IMG/VR virus record: IMGVR_UViG_3300045988_053446
Location: 1 to 56,558 of that record
Strand: one strand, 5' to 3'
DNA: 56,558 nt
Source of the DNA: a virus
A program made the translations under genes and the position numbers. The notes below the pieces were generated by a model. That model was not told the DNA's origin and made no database searches. It saw only the letters and a program-made list of their open reading frames with translations. Shown one piece after another: positions 6,840 to 15,347 of this stretch; the stretch's first letter is position 1, and every line of letters begins with the position of its first letter.

Positions 6840-7499
6840 ATGGAGAAAGTACAGGAAACAGCAGAAACGCCCGAAGTATTTCAAAATGACATAGAACTGT
6901 ATTTATCGCAGTTCTGCGAAGAACACAACATTGAAGATATGACAAAAGAACCACAGAGCAGATGGAACGCCGCTCTGATGTATATAAATAAATATGTTTT
7001 TAGTGATAAAAGTATATTAAAATTAAATAAGAATATTAATAAAAATAATACTAATTGCATTATGGATAGTAATTTTTATATGTATGATTATGATAAATTA
7101 GAGTATATATTATATATATATTATTATTTATGTGCTGTATATGATAAAGAATGTAGTATAATGGGATATAGCTTATTAACTGGTATTAATTACGATACAT
7201 TAATGGATTGGGGAGCAGATGAAAGGAAACTAAGTACAAAAGGCTTCGATATCGTGCAAAAACTGCGCATTTTTCGTGAAGAGAGTCTATCAAATAAGCT
7301 CGCAACTGGCAAAAAAAATCCTGTCGGCATCCTTGCAATACTTAACAGACATTATGCTTGGAATCTTCCAGGCGTGAGCAGAGAAAGTGCCGCAAAGGTC
7401 ATTAAGACCGCGTCGGAGCTTCCACAATTGAGCCAAAACAATACACAATTAACAGATAACCAGCAGATAAACGCTATAAACAATTCAGACACAATTTAA
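6840..7499 (+). CDS. terS: terminase small subunit-like protein
   Basis: C-terminal pattern ...ATGKKNPVGILAILNRHYAWN... is typical of Firmicutes phage small terminases. ATG at 6840 with GGGGGA RBS. Confidence 0.5.
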   Translation: MEKVQETAETPEVFQNDIELYLSQFCEEHNIEDMTKEPQSRWNAALMYINKYVFSDKSILKLNKNINKNNTNCIMDSNFYMYDYDKLEYILYIYYYLCAVYDKECSIMGYSLLTGINYDTLMDWGADERKLSTKGFDIVQKLRIFREESLSNKLATGKKNPVGILAILNRHYAWNLPGVSRESAAKVIKTASELPQLSQNNTQLTDNQQINAINNSDTI

Positions 7500-7551
7500 A
7501 CAGCTTGTAAACCGCTTAAATACTGGGTTTATGAGTGCTAAGCATTTATAT

Positions 7552-7631
7552 AACGCTGATAAATTAAGGTTTATCGGCGTTATGGTACAGATATAGTGTG
7601 AATTGTGTTAATTGTTTGAAATATCTGTACC
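7552..7631 (+). other. two long hairpins in the terS-mazG intergenic region
   Basis: AACGCTGATAAA/TTTATCGGCGTT (12 bp, one G-U pair) at 7552..7581. GGTACAGATAT/ATATCTGTACC (11 bp) at 7584..7631. Confidence 0.6.
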
Positions 7632-7755
7632 AAGCAGACGCAATTTTATAGATAGGGACTGGGGGTTGTTAGCCTCCAGGATTTTGCCCCAACTAAGTCG
7701 CTCAAATATTCTCAAAAATAAAAAGGTTTATTATATTTATATATACACATTTATT

Positions 7756-7772
7756 TATATATATATATATAT
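7756..7772. repeat. (TA)8 dinucleotide microsatellite inside a very AT-rich spacer
   Basis: Read directly from the sequence. Confidence 0.8.
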
Positions 7773-8009
7773 TTACATACCCAATAATTAATAACTTATT
7801 AACCCATATATAATAATCAATATATTTATCAATATAACCTTAATAAAACCTATATAATTTAATCAATAATTACTGTACAAATCCTATAAATAGGTGTATA
7901 ATAAACACAGTTAATTTAATTCTAAAGATTTTACAAACACACATCAGATACCGATTATTCAATCGGGCTATTTCCAAAAAAATTTTAAAACATAAAAAAG
8001 GGGTTAGAA

Positions 8010-8426
8010 ATGCAGGGCAATGAATACCAAAAATTGGCTATGCGTACTAACGATAAAAAGGCTCATTATAGATTAAGTACTGAATTAACTGGCAAGCTTC
8101 CACTTAGTCCTCTAACAGAAAACAATGCTAAGTGTAGCAACATAAATGACATAGCAGGACTTCTTAATGGTGTCTTAGGTTTAACTGGCGAAGCTGGCGA
8201 AGTATCAGACCTTGTTAAAAAGGGCATATTCCACGAAAAAGGCATAGACCTAGAACATCTTAAGAAAGAGTGCGGCGATGTAATGTGGTACATTGCTATG
8301 ATTTGTGAATCTTGTGGATTCAGTCTTGATGATGTAATGCAGACAAACATAGATAAACTTATAGCACGTTATCCGGATGGTTTTGACACTTACAGAGCTA
8401 ATCACAGACAGGCAGGTGATAAATAA
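8010..8426 (+). CDS. mazG: MazG-like nucleoside triphosphate pyrophosphohydrolase
   Basis: Motifs ...LTGEAGEVSDLVKK... and ...ECGDVMWYIAMI...IDKLIARYPDGF. Confidence 0.85.
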   Translation: MQGNEYQKLAMRTNDKKAHYRLSTELTGKLPLSPLTENNAKCSNINDIAGLLNGVLGLTGEAGEVSDLVKKGIFHEKGIDLEHLKKECGDVMWYIAMICESCGFSLDDVMQTNIDKLIARYPDGFDTYRANHRQAGDK

Positions 8427-8596
8427 TGGGTAATCAGGATAAGCACTGTTACCAGTGCAAACATAGACATAAGTTATATTGTGAAAAGCCTTGTAATGCC
8501 TGTAATGGCAATCCAAATGTTGTAAAAGGCAAGGATAACTTCACAGAGCTTGAAACAGCAAATAAAAATGCAGTACTCTTTGAAACAAAAGAATAG
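8426..8596 (+). CDS. small Cys-rich (CxxC...CxxC) zinc-ribbon-like protein (56 aa)
   Basis: ATG overlaps the mazG stop (TAATG). Below the ORF-track cutoff. Confidence 0.45.
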   Translation: MGNQDKHCYQCKHRHKLYCEKPCNACNGNPNVVKGKDNFTELETANKNAVLFETKE

Positions 8597-8601
8597 CATA
8601 T

Positions 8602-8673
8602 TGCCCCTTAGCCAAGTGGTCAAGGCACAGGATTTTGATTCCTGTATCGTGGGTTCAAATCCCACAGGGGTAG
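8602..8673 (+). tRNA. tRNA-Gln (anticodon UUG)
   Basis: Hand-folded cloverleaf. Acceptor TGCCCCT/AGGGGTA with U1-A72. Anticodon stem CAGGA/TCCTG with loop TTTTGAT. T-arm GTGGG-TTCAAAT-CCCAC. Confidence 0.85.
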
Positions 8674-9096
8674 TTCAAGTGTTTAATTACACTTGTGCCT
8701 TTACAGGACTTATTGGCTTACTAGCATTAAGTCCTCCTTTCACCTCATAGCGAGAGCTGTTAAGGACTGTCAGATAGTCCGTGAGGTTTTGCGTATTATA
8801 AATACGCAAATAAAATTAAGTTATACCTATAGCGCAGCAGTTATCTGTATGGATAGACAGCGAGCGAAGCTACTTTCTTTGAGCCCAACTGCACGGGTAG
8901 AATGACATCCAAGCTTTGCCACGACCTGTTATAGGTGTCATAGCCTATACTGCTATTAAGGCTAGCACTTTATATTCCCTCAAAACAATATTTTTAAGCG
9001 TATAAATGACCTCTAAAGAATTTATAAATGTGAATTGTTTAATCTCTCTGTGCTAGTCTTTTTTATTTCAACTTGTCAGAAATTCTTACAAGTTGA
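8674..9096 (+). ncRNA. hairpin-dense non-coding stretch between two tRNA genes; candidate large structured RNA (class unknown)
   Basis: At least 8 local helices of 5-9 bp. Examples are 8676/8689, 8705/8728, 8742/8782, 8764/8776, 8788/8802, 8902/8935, 8941/8959 and 9069/9088. No RBS-supported ORF. Confidence 0.45.
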
Positions 9097-9168
9097 CGGA
9101 TAGTAGTTCAGTTGGGAGTAACGCTTGATTTATTCAAGTAGTCACAGGTTCAAGTCCTGTCTATCCGA
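9097..9168 (+). tRNA. tRNA-like gene whose best 7-nt anticodon loop ATTTATT gives anticodon UUA (ochre-suppressor type); D-stem irregular
   Basis: Perfect acceptor CGGATAG/CTATCCG. T-arm ACAGG-TTCAAGT-CCTGT. D-arm GTTC-AGTTGGGA-G(T)AAC. Anticodon arm CTTG-ATTTATT-CAAG. Confidence 0.55.
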
Positions 9169-9170
9169 TT

Positions 9171-9231
9171 ACAACAAACTAGCTTGACGAAGCGAAAAGC
9201 ACAAGCCTTAGTGCCTGTTTGTTGTTTTGTT
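9171..9231 (+). terminator. terminator-like long hairpin after the tRNA cluster
   Basis: ACAACAAAC...GTTTGTTGT with inner GCTTG/CAAGC, followed by TTTGTT. Confidence 0.5.
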
Positions 9232-9267
9232 AATAAGGCAGTTATCAGAAAGGCAGGTAATAATATT

Positions 9268-9750
9268 ATGAATTTTGCAGAAAATGAAAATTCAAGAATA
9301 CTTCCTAATGTTCAAAGCCCTATAATCTATTTTCTTATGGATGAGGACGAGGTTGTTTATGTTGGACAATCTAAAATAGGATTAGCAAGACCATATTCAC
9401 ATAAAGATAAAAAATTCACCAAAATAGCAATTATTAATTGTAAAGAAAGTGAATTGGATGATAAAGAAACAGAATTTATCAAAAAATATAAGCCGAAATA
9501 TAACAAGAAAGCCGGAAATAGTGATTATTCATACACTAGAATAAAAACAATAATCAAAAGTCAAACGAATATTCACAGCTTTAATGTGTATGATGTAAGA
9601 AAGCTTGTGACAAAACTTGGATTGAAAACTTATATTTTCAATGGGAGCATTTATATAAACGCAGAAGATTTTAATAAAATGTTTACTTTTGTGAAAGAAA
9701 CAAGTAATGGGGTTAAAAATAAAGAAGAATGGAAGAAAAAAGTATTTTAA
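9268..9750 (+). CDS. GIY-YIG domain nuclease (homing-endonuclease-like)
   Basis: IIYFLMDEDEVVYVGQS...ETEFIKKYKPKYN. ATG at 9268 with AAAGGCAGG RBS. Confidence 0.65.
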   Translation: MNFAENENSRILPNVQSPIIYFLMDEDEVVYVGQSKIGLARPYSHKDKKFTKIAIINCKESELDDKETEFIKKYKPKYNKKAGNSDYSYTRIKTIIKSQTNIHSFNVYDVRKLVTKLGLKTYIFNGSIYINAEDFNKMFTFVKETSNGVKNKEEWKKKVF

Positions 9751-9864
9751 TTTAATTTGGTAAAATCAGTTGCCTAGTGATTGCAACACGAAAAGAGTAA
9801 CCTACGAACTCCTGGTAACTGTTTTTATATAAATCGTAGGGTTATCTATCGTAGGAGGTAAAAT

Positions 9865-10944
9865 ATGGCAGACATAAAAATTAAAAAAGCAGTAATTAGA
9901 GAAGATTTATTATCAATAACAAACGATTATAGAAAAGCAATCATTCTCAATCAGTTTATCTATTGGTCTGAAAGAGTTTCAGATGCCGATAAGTTTATCA
10001 AGAAAGAAAATGAGATTGCGAAGAACAATGGAGAAGAAGAAAGAGAGCTTTTCTATGGTTGGATATATAAAACCGCCGAGGAATTAGCTGATGAGGTTAT
10101 GTTAGGTTTATCTGCAAGCCAGATAAGAAGATATATCAGCGATTTGGTGAATATGGGTTATATCTCAAAACGAAATAACCCTAAATATAAGTGGGATAGA
10201 ACATTACAATATAGGGTAAATCTTGTAAATATTGCAAAGGACCTTAAAAAGAATGGCTATCCATTAAGCGATTATAAAATTGAAATTCCAGAAAATGAAA
10301 AAACCATTACGCACGAGTGCGTAATCAATAATGAGCCAATGAAAAATCAAACACAAGCTAGTGACGAAGCAATACCAAAGAGTACTAACATAGATTACTT
10401 AAACAAAGATTACAAATCAAATAGTACAGAATGTAATTCTCTTAACAGAGAACAATGTAATTCTTTTTTACCCAAAGATAAAAAAGCGAAAGAGTTTAAG
10501 CCGATAAGCGAATACTCTCAAAGTGATTGGGAAGTTGCCGAAGAAAGAATGATAAGCAGAGCTGGCAAGATAGCTTATGATTGGACTAACGATAAAACGC
10601 TCAAAGAAAATACAGAAGCATTCTTTAAATACTTTTTAGATAAACACGGAGAATGTACCGGAGAATATCACTACCCATTAACAGATAAGGTTTTATCAAG
10701 AGTAGTAGATAATTTAACAAAAGAAACTGACATAGAGCGTGACGGATATACAGATACCTATTATGCGGCTATAAGTGATATGGACGATAATACAGACTAC
10801 AAGATGTTGGTTGATGAATATTTCAATACAAAGTTTTCAGCACAATGTGATTACAGCTTAGTTCACTTTTCTTCTGAAAAGGTTTTGATTAACATTATGA
10901 ACCACACTTGTAAGAGCAGTTGGTGCGAAAGTAAAGAATGGTAG
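9865..10944 (+). CDS. winged-helix DNA-binding protein, possible replication-initiator/DnaD-like N-terminus
   Basis: N-terminal ...YGWIYKTAEELADEVMLGLSASQIRRYISDLVNMGYISKRNNP... AGGAGG RBS. Confidence 0.4.
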   Translation: MADIKIKKAVIREDLLSITNDYRKAIILNQFIYWSERVSDADKFIKKENEIAKNNGEEERELFYGWIYKTAEELADEVMLGLSASQIRRYISDLVNMGYISKRNNPKYKWDRTLQYRVNLVNIAKDLKKNGYPLSDYKIEIPENEKTITHECVINNEPMKNQTQASDEAIPKSTNIDYLNKDYKSNSTECNSLNREQCNSFLPKDKKAKEFKPISEYSQSDWEVAEERMISRAGKIAYDWTNDKTLKENTEAFFKYFLDKHGECTGEYHYPLTDKVLSRVVDNLTKETDIERDGYTDTYYAAISDMDDNTDYKMLVDEYFNTKFSAQCDYSLVHFSSEKVLINIMNHTCKSSWCESKEW

Positions 10945-10956
10945 GAGGTATTCATT

Positions 10957-11453
10957 ATGAGTTCATATAAAGATTTACAGGCTAAGATTTTTGAAAGAGA
11001 TAATTATACTTGCAGATATTGTGGAAAGAGTAGCAGAGAATACAGGACGTTGGTAATGTCACATATAAGAACAGCTTCAATGTGCGGTGACGATAGAGAG
11101 AGAGCAATTTAATTACATTATGCAGACATTGTTACAATCATATTTCTAACAATGAGATTAGGGCAAAGTTTGAAACAAAAGAAAACGCTGATTATTTTTG
11201 GGGATTATACCACGAAAAAGTTAAAGGATATTGTTATTATACAAATTACATCAAAAAGGTATTTACTGAAAATGGTGTACTTATGACAAGACCGCAGATT
11301 GATAAATATGTCAGTATATTTGTTAAAAATGATGATGATTTTAACGCTTTCAAAGCAGAAGTTCAAAATACAGGTTATAAGAATATGCCATCTAAAATGC
11401 GTAGTGATGTAAGAAAATATAATCATCAAGTTGAAAATCAAAGTAAGGAGTGA
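10957..11453 (+). pseudogene. HNH endonuclease split by a 2-nt frameshift at an (AG)5 tract (11095..11104)
   Basis: Frame 1 gives ...ERDNYTCRYCG...SHIRTASMCGDDRERAI*. The next frame continues NLITLCRHCYNHISN... Deleting one AG unit joins them. Confidence 0.75.
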
Positions 11454-11458
11454 TTATT

Positions 11459-11647
11459 ATGGCAGCAGGTGTGCACCCACTAAACAAAGATAAGTTTTAT
11501 GAAGCAATTAATCTGTACATATCGGGGCGAGCTTCACAGGTAAAGGCGGCAAAAGTAGCAGGTTGTAGCGTACCGACATTTAAGAAATACGCTAACAAGA
11601 TTTATGGCGGCGAGGAATTACCGGATAACTTATGGGGGAAGAAGTAA
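11459..11647 (+). CDS. small HTH-containing protein
   Basis: AAGGAG lies 8 nt upstream. Segment ...QVKAAKVAGCSVPTFKKY... Confidence 0.5.
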   Translation: MAAGVHPLNKDKFYEAINLYISGRASQVKAAKVAGCSVPTFKKYANKIYGGEELPDNLWGKK

Positions 11648-11648
11648 T

Positions 11649-11870
11649 ATGTGTGAATTTTGCAAAAACTGGTATGACAAAAATACAATTTGCGGAGCAG
11701 ACATAAAAATTTATAAATGTGCGAATGAAACTGAATTGACAACTGCACAGATTATGAAAAACACGAATGATAATAAACCAGGTGTTGTTATTTTTCAGGG
11801 TGGCATAACTAAAGGGTATTTTGAAATAAACTATTGCCCTATCTGCGGTAGAAAGTTGGTGGAGGAATGA
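11649..11870 (+). CDS. zinc-ribbon-like hypothetical protein
   Basis: CxxC at both ends (CEFC...CPIC). Confidence 0.5.
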   Translation: MCEFCKNWYDKNTICGADIKIYKCANETELTTAQIMKNTNDNKPGVVIFQGGITKGYFEINYCPICGRKLVEE

Positions 11871-12163
11871 ATGATTGTTCAAAATGCAAATTCAGCGAAG
11901 AAGATTATATTTTCGATGAAGAAATAGGAGAAGAATATCCCATTTATACTTGTAGCAAAGGAAATGACACAAGCTTAGACTATGAGTGTAAGGATTTTAA
12001 GGAATACAAGCCGAAGAAATATAAAGAGAAAGATACAAAGTGCGATAAATGTGAGCATCTTGAGATTTGCCTTGACAAGGGCAATGTTATTGATTGTAGG
12101 ACAGTTTGCGATACAAGAAGTCATTATATAGCTGGCAGAATGGGGTGTATTAAAAATGAATGA
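11867..12163 (+). CDS. Cys-rich hypothetical protein
   Basis: ORF track. ATGA overlap with the upstream gene. Confidence 0.5.
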   Translation: MNDCSKCKFSEEDYIFDEEIGEEYPIYTCSKGNDTSLDYECKDFKEYKPKKYKEKDTKCDKCEHLEICLDKGNVIDCRTVCDTRSHYIAGRMGCIKNE

Positions 12164-12284
12164 TTGCAACTTAACCACCTGCCGATACAACACAGATGGT
12201 AAATGTACCAATCAAGAAAAAAGAGAAGAATGTGTCGAAGTGTCAGGAAAGGTGTTGTGCATAAATGAAGAAAACAAGAAGTAA
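12156..12284 (+). CDS. small Cys-rich protein (42 aa)
   Basis: MNDCNLTTCRYNTDGKCTNQEKREECVEVSGKVLC... Overlaps both neighbouring genes. Confidence 0.35.
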   Translation: MNDCNLTTCRYNTDGKCTNQEKREECVEVSGKVLCINEENKK

Positions 12285-12507
12285 AATAATCATTAAAACA
12301 AGAGCTGGCGGTTACACAAAAATTTATGCCAATGGGAAATGGCAGAAGAGAGTATGTGTTATTGACTATCGCGCAGAATGCAGTAACAAGGATGGCATAA
12401 AGGTTACTTGCGAATTTGATAGACTGAAAACTGATAAAAATGGTTCAACTATTTACGATGAAGCTAAAAAAGAATTTTCAAAAGAACACATAGTTGTAAG
12501 GATTTAA
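12265..12507 (+). CDS. hypothetical protein
   Basis: ORF track. Confidence 0.5.
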   Translation: MKKTRSKIIIKTRAGGYTKIYANGKWQKRVCVIDYRAECSNKDGIKVTCEFDRLKTDKNGSTIYDEAKKEFSKEHIVVRI

Positions 12508-12518
12508 GGAGTAAAGTT

Positions 12519-12710
12519 ATGAAAATATCAGAAATGAATAACTGCATTGAAAAAATGCGTAAATGTTATAACTTTGATGACGATAAGACGGAAATAATGC
12601 TTGGAAATATGACAAGCAAATCTGCAAGATGTGTAAATGTATACACAAAGGACGAAAACGGAACACAAATTGAAATGACAAGGTATGCGGATGAACTGGA
12701 CAAGGAGTGA
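12519..12710 (+). CDS. hypothetical protein
   Basis: ORF track. AAGGAG RBS. Confidence 0.55.
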   Translation: MKISEMNNCIEKMRKCYNFDDDKTEIMLGNMTSKSARCVNVYTKDENGTQIEMTRYADELDKE

Positions 12711-12714
12711 GATT

Positions 12715-13089
12715 ATGTTAATAGTTGCATTACAAGATGATGCAGACAATCTGTATGCTATATGGAATACAGCTACAGACCGATTTTTAGGAGTTAATCT
12801 TGGGAAATATGAAGCTGTCGGAATTATTATGGATTACAAGGGAAATTACACCTTTGAAACGGCATTAGGCAGAGTAGAACATCCACAGCCATTCAAAGAC
12901 ATTGCCAAGTGTTTATGCGAAGAGCTTAATCGTGACGATAACAAAGTTGAAAAAGCAATCCAATACTTAAAGGATATATCGTGGGAAATAGGAACTACTG
13001 GTGTTGAGTATCTTTCAGAAAAGGACGGACAAAAAATGAGAGAGTACATAAATGTACTTGAAAGCAGAATTGATAAATTAGAACGATGA
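12715..13089 (+). CDS. hypothetical protein
   Basis: ATG at 12715 with AAGGAG upstream. Confidence 0.55.
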   Translation: MLIVALQDDADNLYAIWNTATDRFLGVNLGKYEAVGIIMDYKGNYTFETALGRVEHPQPFKDIAKCLCEELNRDDNKVEKAIQYLKDISWEIGTTGVEYLSEKDGQKMREYINVLESRIDKLER

Positions 13090-13119
13090 TTGCTGATTAT
13101 CAGCAGAAAGGAAAATATT

Positions 13120-13506
13120 ATGAAAAAATTATTTGTAAGCGTGCCAATGAAAGGCAGAACAGAGGAAGAGATCAAAGAAAGTATTCAGAAAATGAAAAAG
13201 ATTGCTGAAATATACGAGGGTGAGGAGTTAGAGCTTATCGACAGCTACATTGAGGATAACCCACCTAAAGACAGCAACGAAGCTGTATGGTATCTTGGAG
13301 AAAGCCTTAAGAAACTGGCGCAGGCTGATGTATTTATTGGAATAAACGATGCTTGGGATTGGAATGGATGCTGCATTGAAATTGAAACAGCAAAAAGATA
13401 TGACATTAAAATATATGTGATTCCTGCAAACTATGTAATTGACGATTATAATGCACTTGTGCAGAAATTACATCCGATTTGCAATGACGAAATGCCAACA
13501 ATCTAA
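13120..13506 (+). CDS. nucleoside 2-deoxyribosyltransferase-like / DUF4406-like protein (weak recognition)
   Basis: MKKLFVSVPMKGRTEEEI...ADVFIGINDAWDWNGCCIEIETAKRYDIKIY. Confidence 0.35.
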   Translation: MKKLFVSVPMKGRTEEEIKESIQKMKKIAEIYEGEELELIDSYIEDNPPKDSNEAVWYLGESLKKLAQADVFIGINDAWDWNGCCIEIETAKRYDIKIYVIPANYVIDDYNALVQKLHPICNDEMPTI

Positions 13507-13608
13507 CAATATATTTACCGGCTAACAAACGGAGTTAGTCGCTACCCTAAAACAATTATAGGCAGAAGTCTATAAGGCACTTCTGCTAAAAGGCGGAGGT
13601 GCTTTTAT

Positions 13609-15333
13609 TTGGCTTCAAAGCAGTTAATCAATGCGGTAAATGGATATGAAAACTACATACAGAGAAAAGGCGTTGATGAACAGGTAATTAATGCCTATGT
13701 AGACGCTTGCAGTGTAGCCATAAACGGCGAGAAAGATATTGAGTATGGACTACAACTTACAGAAAGGACAAAAGAGCTTATAGAGCGTTTCTGCAAGGAT
13801 AAGACAGGTGGAACGATATGGGATTTAGAGAAGTATGCGTTTGCAAATAAAACGGAATATGAGCTGATTAATTGGTTTTACGATATTTTACTGATTGAAG
13901 CGCAAAACAAGGTTGTTGACAGCGGATTTAGGTATCTTGAAAAGAAAAGAGAGCCTAAAGAGCGATTTTATATGCCACGCCGCAAACAATTTATAAAAAT
14001 GGGGCTAACAGAAGCATTACAAGGTATGATTGATGATAAATACGATATATTATGCGTGTCATTAATACCAGGAGCAGGGAAAACAACCATTGAAAAAATG
14101 TTCAATGCTTTAGTGGCCGGCTGGTTTCCTAATGACTTTTGCCTTTTTTACTCTCATTCGGGCGACATTACACGAATGTACTACGATGGCGTGTATGACA
14201 TTGTTACAAATTCTGACGAATATGCGTGGAATGAAATTTTCCCTAATCTTACAGTTACAAGCACCAATGCAAAGCTGGAACAGTTCAATGTAGGTAAATA
14301 CAAGCCATTCCCTAGCATACAATGTACATCTGTTGGCAGTAAAAATGCTGGTAAAGTTCGTGCAAGCAAATTTTTGCTTGTAGACGATATGATAGGCGGT
14401 ATTGAAGAAGCACTTAATCCTATGGTACTTGATAAGCTATGGGATAAATATGCGGTAGATGCCAGACAAAGAAAAATTCAAGATACGGACGGACATAACT
14501 GCAAAGAAATACATATTGCTACACGCTGGAGCGTACACGATGTTATTGGCAGAATACAAAATATGTACGCAGGGAATAAAAGAGTTAAGACTATCGCTGT
14601 GCCGGATGTTGACCCAGTGACAGGCGAGAGCAACTTTGATTATGAATATAGTGGATTTACGAAAGAATTTTTCGCGGACCAGCAGTTATTAATGGATGAG
14701 ATATCATATCGGTGCTTGTACAAGCAGGAGCCTATAGAGCGTGAGGGATTGCTGTTTCCAGATGATAAAATCCGAAGATACCTTAATTTGCCACACGGAG
14801 AGCCAGAAATTATCACAGCTCAATGCGACACAAAAGGAAAAGGTACAGATTATTTTGTACTGCCTGTATTGCAAAAATACGGAGAAGATTATTACTGCGT
14901 TGATTGTGTGTGCGACAACACAGCAGATTATGAAGAACAATACAGAAATGCTGCAGGTGTACTTGTAAATAACAAAGTGCAAGAGTGCGAATTTGAGCGT
15001 AATGCCGGTGGCGACAGGGTTGCAATGGAAGTTAATAAGCGTGTTGAGAGTGTAGGTTGGATATGTAATATTACAGATACGCCTACAGAAACAAACAAAG
15101 AGGCAAGGATTTTTCAATGTTCCAACTGGATTTTGCAACACATTATTTTTAAAGACGCATCGCTTTACAAACCTAATGAACCATACGGAGTAATGATGTC
15201 GTTGCTAAAACAGTATTCAGTATCAGGAAAGAAACAGCTTGATGATGTTCCAGATGTATTTTCAAATTTTGCATTGAGAATGACAAAAGGAAATCGGGTT
15301 AAAAAAACAATCATTATGTCAAGCCCAATATAG
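13609..15333 (+). CDS. terL: terminase large subunit
   Basis: Walker A-like LIPGAGKTT and Walker B-like FLLVDDM. 574 aa, directly upstream of the portal region. TTG start. Confidence 0.85.
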   Translation: MASKQLINAVNGYENYIQRKGVDEQVINAYVDACSVAINGEKDIEYGLQLTERTKELIERFCKDKTGGTIWDLEKYAFANKTEYELINWFYDILLIEAQNKVVDSGFRYLEKKREPKERFYMPRRKQFIKMGLTEALQGMIDDKYDILCVSLIPGAGKTTIEKMFNALVAGWFPNDFCLFYSHSGDITRMYYDGVYDIVTNSDEYAWNEIFPNLTVTSTNAKLEQFNVGKYKPFPSIQCTSVGSKNAGKVRASKFLLVDDMIGGIEEALNPMVLDKLWDKYAVDARQRKIQDTDGHNCKEIHIATRWSVHDVIGRIQNMYAGNKRVKTIAVPDVDPVTGESNFDYEYSGFTKEFFADQQLLMDEISYRCLYKQEPIEREGLLFPDDKIRRYLNLPHGEPEIITAQCDTKGKGTDYFVLPVLQKYGEDYYCVDCVCDNTADYEEQYRNAAGVLVNNKVQECEFERNAGGDRVAMEVNKRVESVGWICNITDTPTETNKEARIFQCSNWILQHIIFKDASLYKPNEPYGVMMSLLKQYSVSGKKQLDDVPDVFSNFALRMTKGNRVKKTIIMSSPI

Positions 15334-15347
15334 GAGGTTAATCTATT

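Noticed and set aside
8693-8905. Track ORF of 70 aa inside the inter-tRNA region
   Set aside because: It has no RBS and a non-ATG start, and it lies across the hairpin-dense segment. It was treated as non-coding.
8674-9096. Group I intron between or within the tRNA genes, suggested by the GIY-YIG gene downstream and a GGACT...AGATAGTCC segment resembling R/S elements
   Set aside because: The putative P7 strands are only 7 nt apart, leaving no room for P3' and P8. Both flanking tRNAs are complete and not split.
11205-11441. Minus-strand ORF of 78 aa
   Set aside because: It is a shadow of the distal HNH reading frame, which carries the recognisable NLITLCRHCYNH motif on the plus strand.
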